A DNA stretch of 64,000 bases from Aplysia californica (Eukaryota), in assembly GCF_000002075.1 (NCBI RefSeq), contig NW_004797434.1:201028-265027 (forward strand). The letters run 5' to 3'. The notes under the pieces were generated by a model, which saw only the letters and a program-made list of their open reading frames with translations, was not told where the DNA came from and did not search any database. Positions 62,325 to 64,000 of this stretch are shown here, one piece after another. Position numbers and translations under genes: made by a program. Within the stretch, counting starts at the first letter, position 1. Every line of letters begins with the position of its first letter.

Positions 62325-62600
62325 CTTCATCATCGCCCGGTGCCTTACCGACTGGCGTGAGCGATCATGGACCTCCACTTCACTCTGGCTAGCGTTGCAG
62401 CGATGGTGTCTGTAGTTCTTGCTGTTCCCAGCCATGTTGTCAACTTGTCCAGTATCTTTTCCCTCTGTCTGCCTTTGTCTCTCTTTCCATCAAACTTGTC
62501 TATTGTCACAACATTCTCCAATGCTGCTTTCCGTACTGTGTGTCCAAAGAACGTTGCCAGTCGCTTTTGTATATTCGTAAGCAGCGCTCATTCCACACTA
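62325..62600 (-). mobile_element. RTE LINE 3' fragment
   Basis: Minus strand encodes FFGHTVRKAALENVVTIDKFDGKRDKGRQREKILD; GAT-type tail. Confidence 0.75.
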
Positions 62601-62808
62601 AAAATAAAAATGCATATTCTTTAAGAGCACTTTTACACCAACCTTTCTCTGAAAAATACCCAAAACGACCAGATCATCATTCTGTTAGAAAAAGGTAATC
62701 AAAACATAATTAATTTGTCTGTAAAGGAAAGCCGACATTCACTGCTTGTGAGACAACTGAGAGAAGTTAACAGGCGGATAGAGGGACAGACTTTGAGGAA
62801 AAATAAGA

Positions 62809-62880
<72 letters not shown>

Positions 62881-63313
62881 AACCCCTATGTCCATGATCA
62901 ATTGAATATGACGACAAAATTAAGAATTTGAGAACCACTCACAGACTACGGGGTTGGCTTCTCATCATCATCATCCAGTGCCAGATCTGCGACAGACATC
63001 GGCGATCATGGTTTTCCATTCATTCCTTTGCTCGGATGCTCTAAAAAAAGCTACGTTTCCCTGATCTTTGGCTTCTAAAAAGCTGTATAAAAATAATTTG
63101 TACCTGTGCAGACGTGAACTTACACCGAACACATTTTTAAATAGAGGAGAAGGAATCCAACGGCTTAATTCCGGAGTATTTTATAGCGATAAGTGATTGT
63201 GAAATTCACTTTTATAAATACTGAAGCGCTGCAAATTCATGAAAATCTACGTACTGAAGGCTACTTACGTTTACATTTTGAGTATGAAGAGTGGGTTTAT
63301 AAAAAAAATGGTG

Positions 63314-63727
63314 AGTGTTTTACGGCACTCGCAACTGCATAAGGTCACATGAGCGCACGGGACACATTAAACATTTTCAGTCTTGGTAGGAATTTTGATA
63401 TTTGCCCGGGTGGTGGCCAAAGCCTACTCTTATCGACTTTAGGACCACCAAGGGATCTTTAACGTGCACAACTTGCACACGGGACCTTCAAGATTTTTCA
63501 CCCTGATCCGAGAAGGCTAGATGCTAGATCTTACCAGAGAGTTTTTACAGTATTACTGTAAACCCTCTCTGATCTTACCTACCATAAGATCAGGGGTATG
63601 GCTGAAAGACAGAGCAGTAAGAAAGAGCCAATGAGAAGCGGTAGTCGAAAGGCTGCAGACAAAGTCAAGAGCTCAGAGGAGGGGGGGGGCAGAGAGGAGG
63701 GCTGAGAGGGCAGAAAAAGGAGACGAA
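63314..63727 (-). mobile_element. Family A Nin/Deu SINE (5' end in the gap) carrying a ~37-bp palindromic insertion
   Basis: Reverse complement of family A. Confidence 0.88.
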
Positions 63728-64000
63728 NNNNNNNNNNNNNNNNNNNNNNNNNNNNNNNNNNNNNNNNNNNNNNNNNNNNNNNNNNNNNNNNNNNNNNNNN
63801 NNNNNNNNNNNNNNNNNNNNNNNNNNNNNNNNNNNNNNNNNNNNNNNNNNNNNNNNNNNNNNNNNNNNNNNNNNNNNNAGCAGTACCTGATACGATAGTT
63901 TCGATGTTCGTTCAGAAGACTTAGAATCTATTCTAATATTGTCCGCCCTTTACAGACACAATTAAGAATATAAAATAGTGGAGTGTTTCCATCCTGCCTG

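Overview
Eukaryotic (animal) genomic DNA, AT-rich and repeat-dense, with five N gaps. The repeat content suggests a lophotrochozoan such as a gastropod (inference). Two intron-rich genes lie on the + strand. The first is the 3' part of a copine gene of the CPNE5/8/9 type: 12 exons at 998-15065 covering the second C2 domain, the VWA domain and a Pro/Ala-rich tail, with the gene start upstream of the window. The second is an essentially complete carnitine palmitoyltransferase 2 gene (CPT2) at about 30118-44665, with 13 secure exons, an ambiguous 5' end and one GC-AG intron. The rest is transposon-derived. It includes tRNA-headed SINEs (Nin/Deu-domain, CORE-like and others), three families of short retroelements lacking tRNA heads that share a covarying 3' stem-loop, and a bipartite non-autonomous RTE with TSD. 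There are also a decayed RTE LINE, MULE and hAT transposase remnants, several MITEs (one only ~37 bp), a ~211-bp satellite array and microsatellites. I see no prokaryotic-type system. The best leads are the modular retroelement families and the repeated duplication of splice sites.
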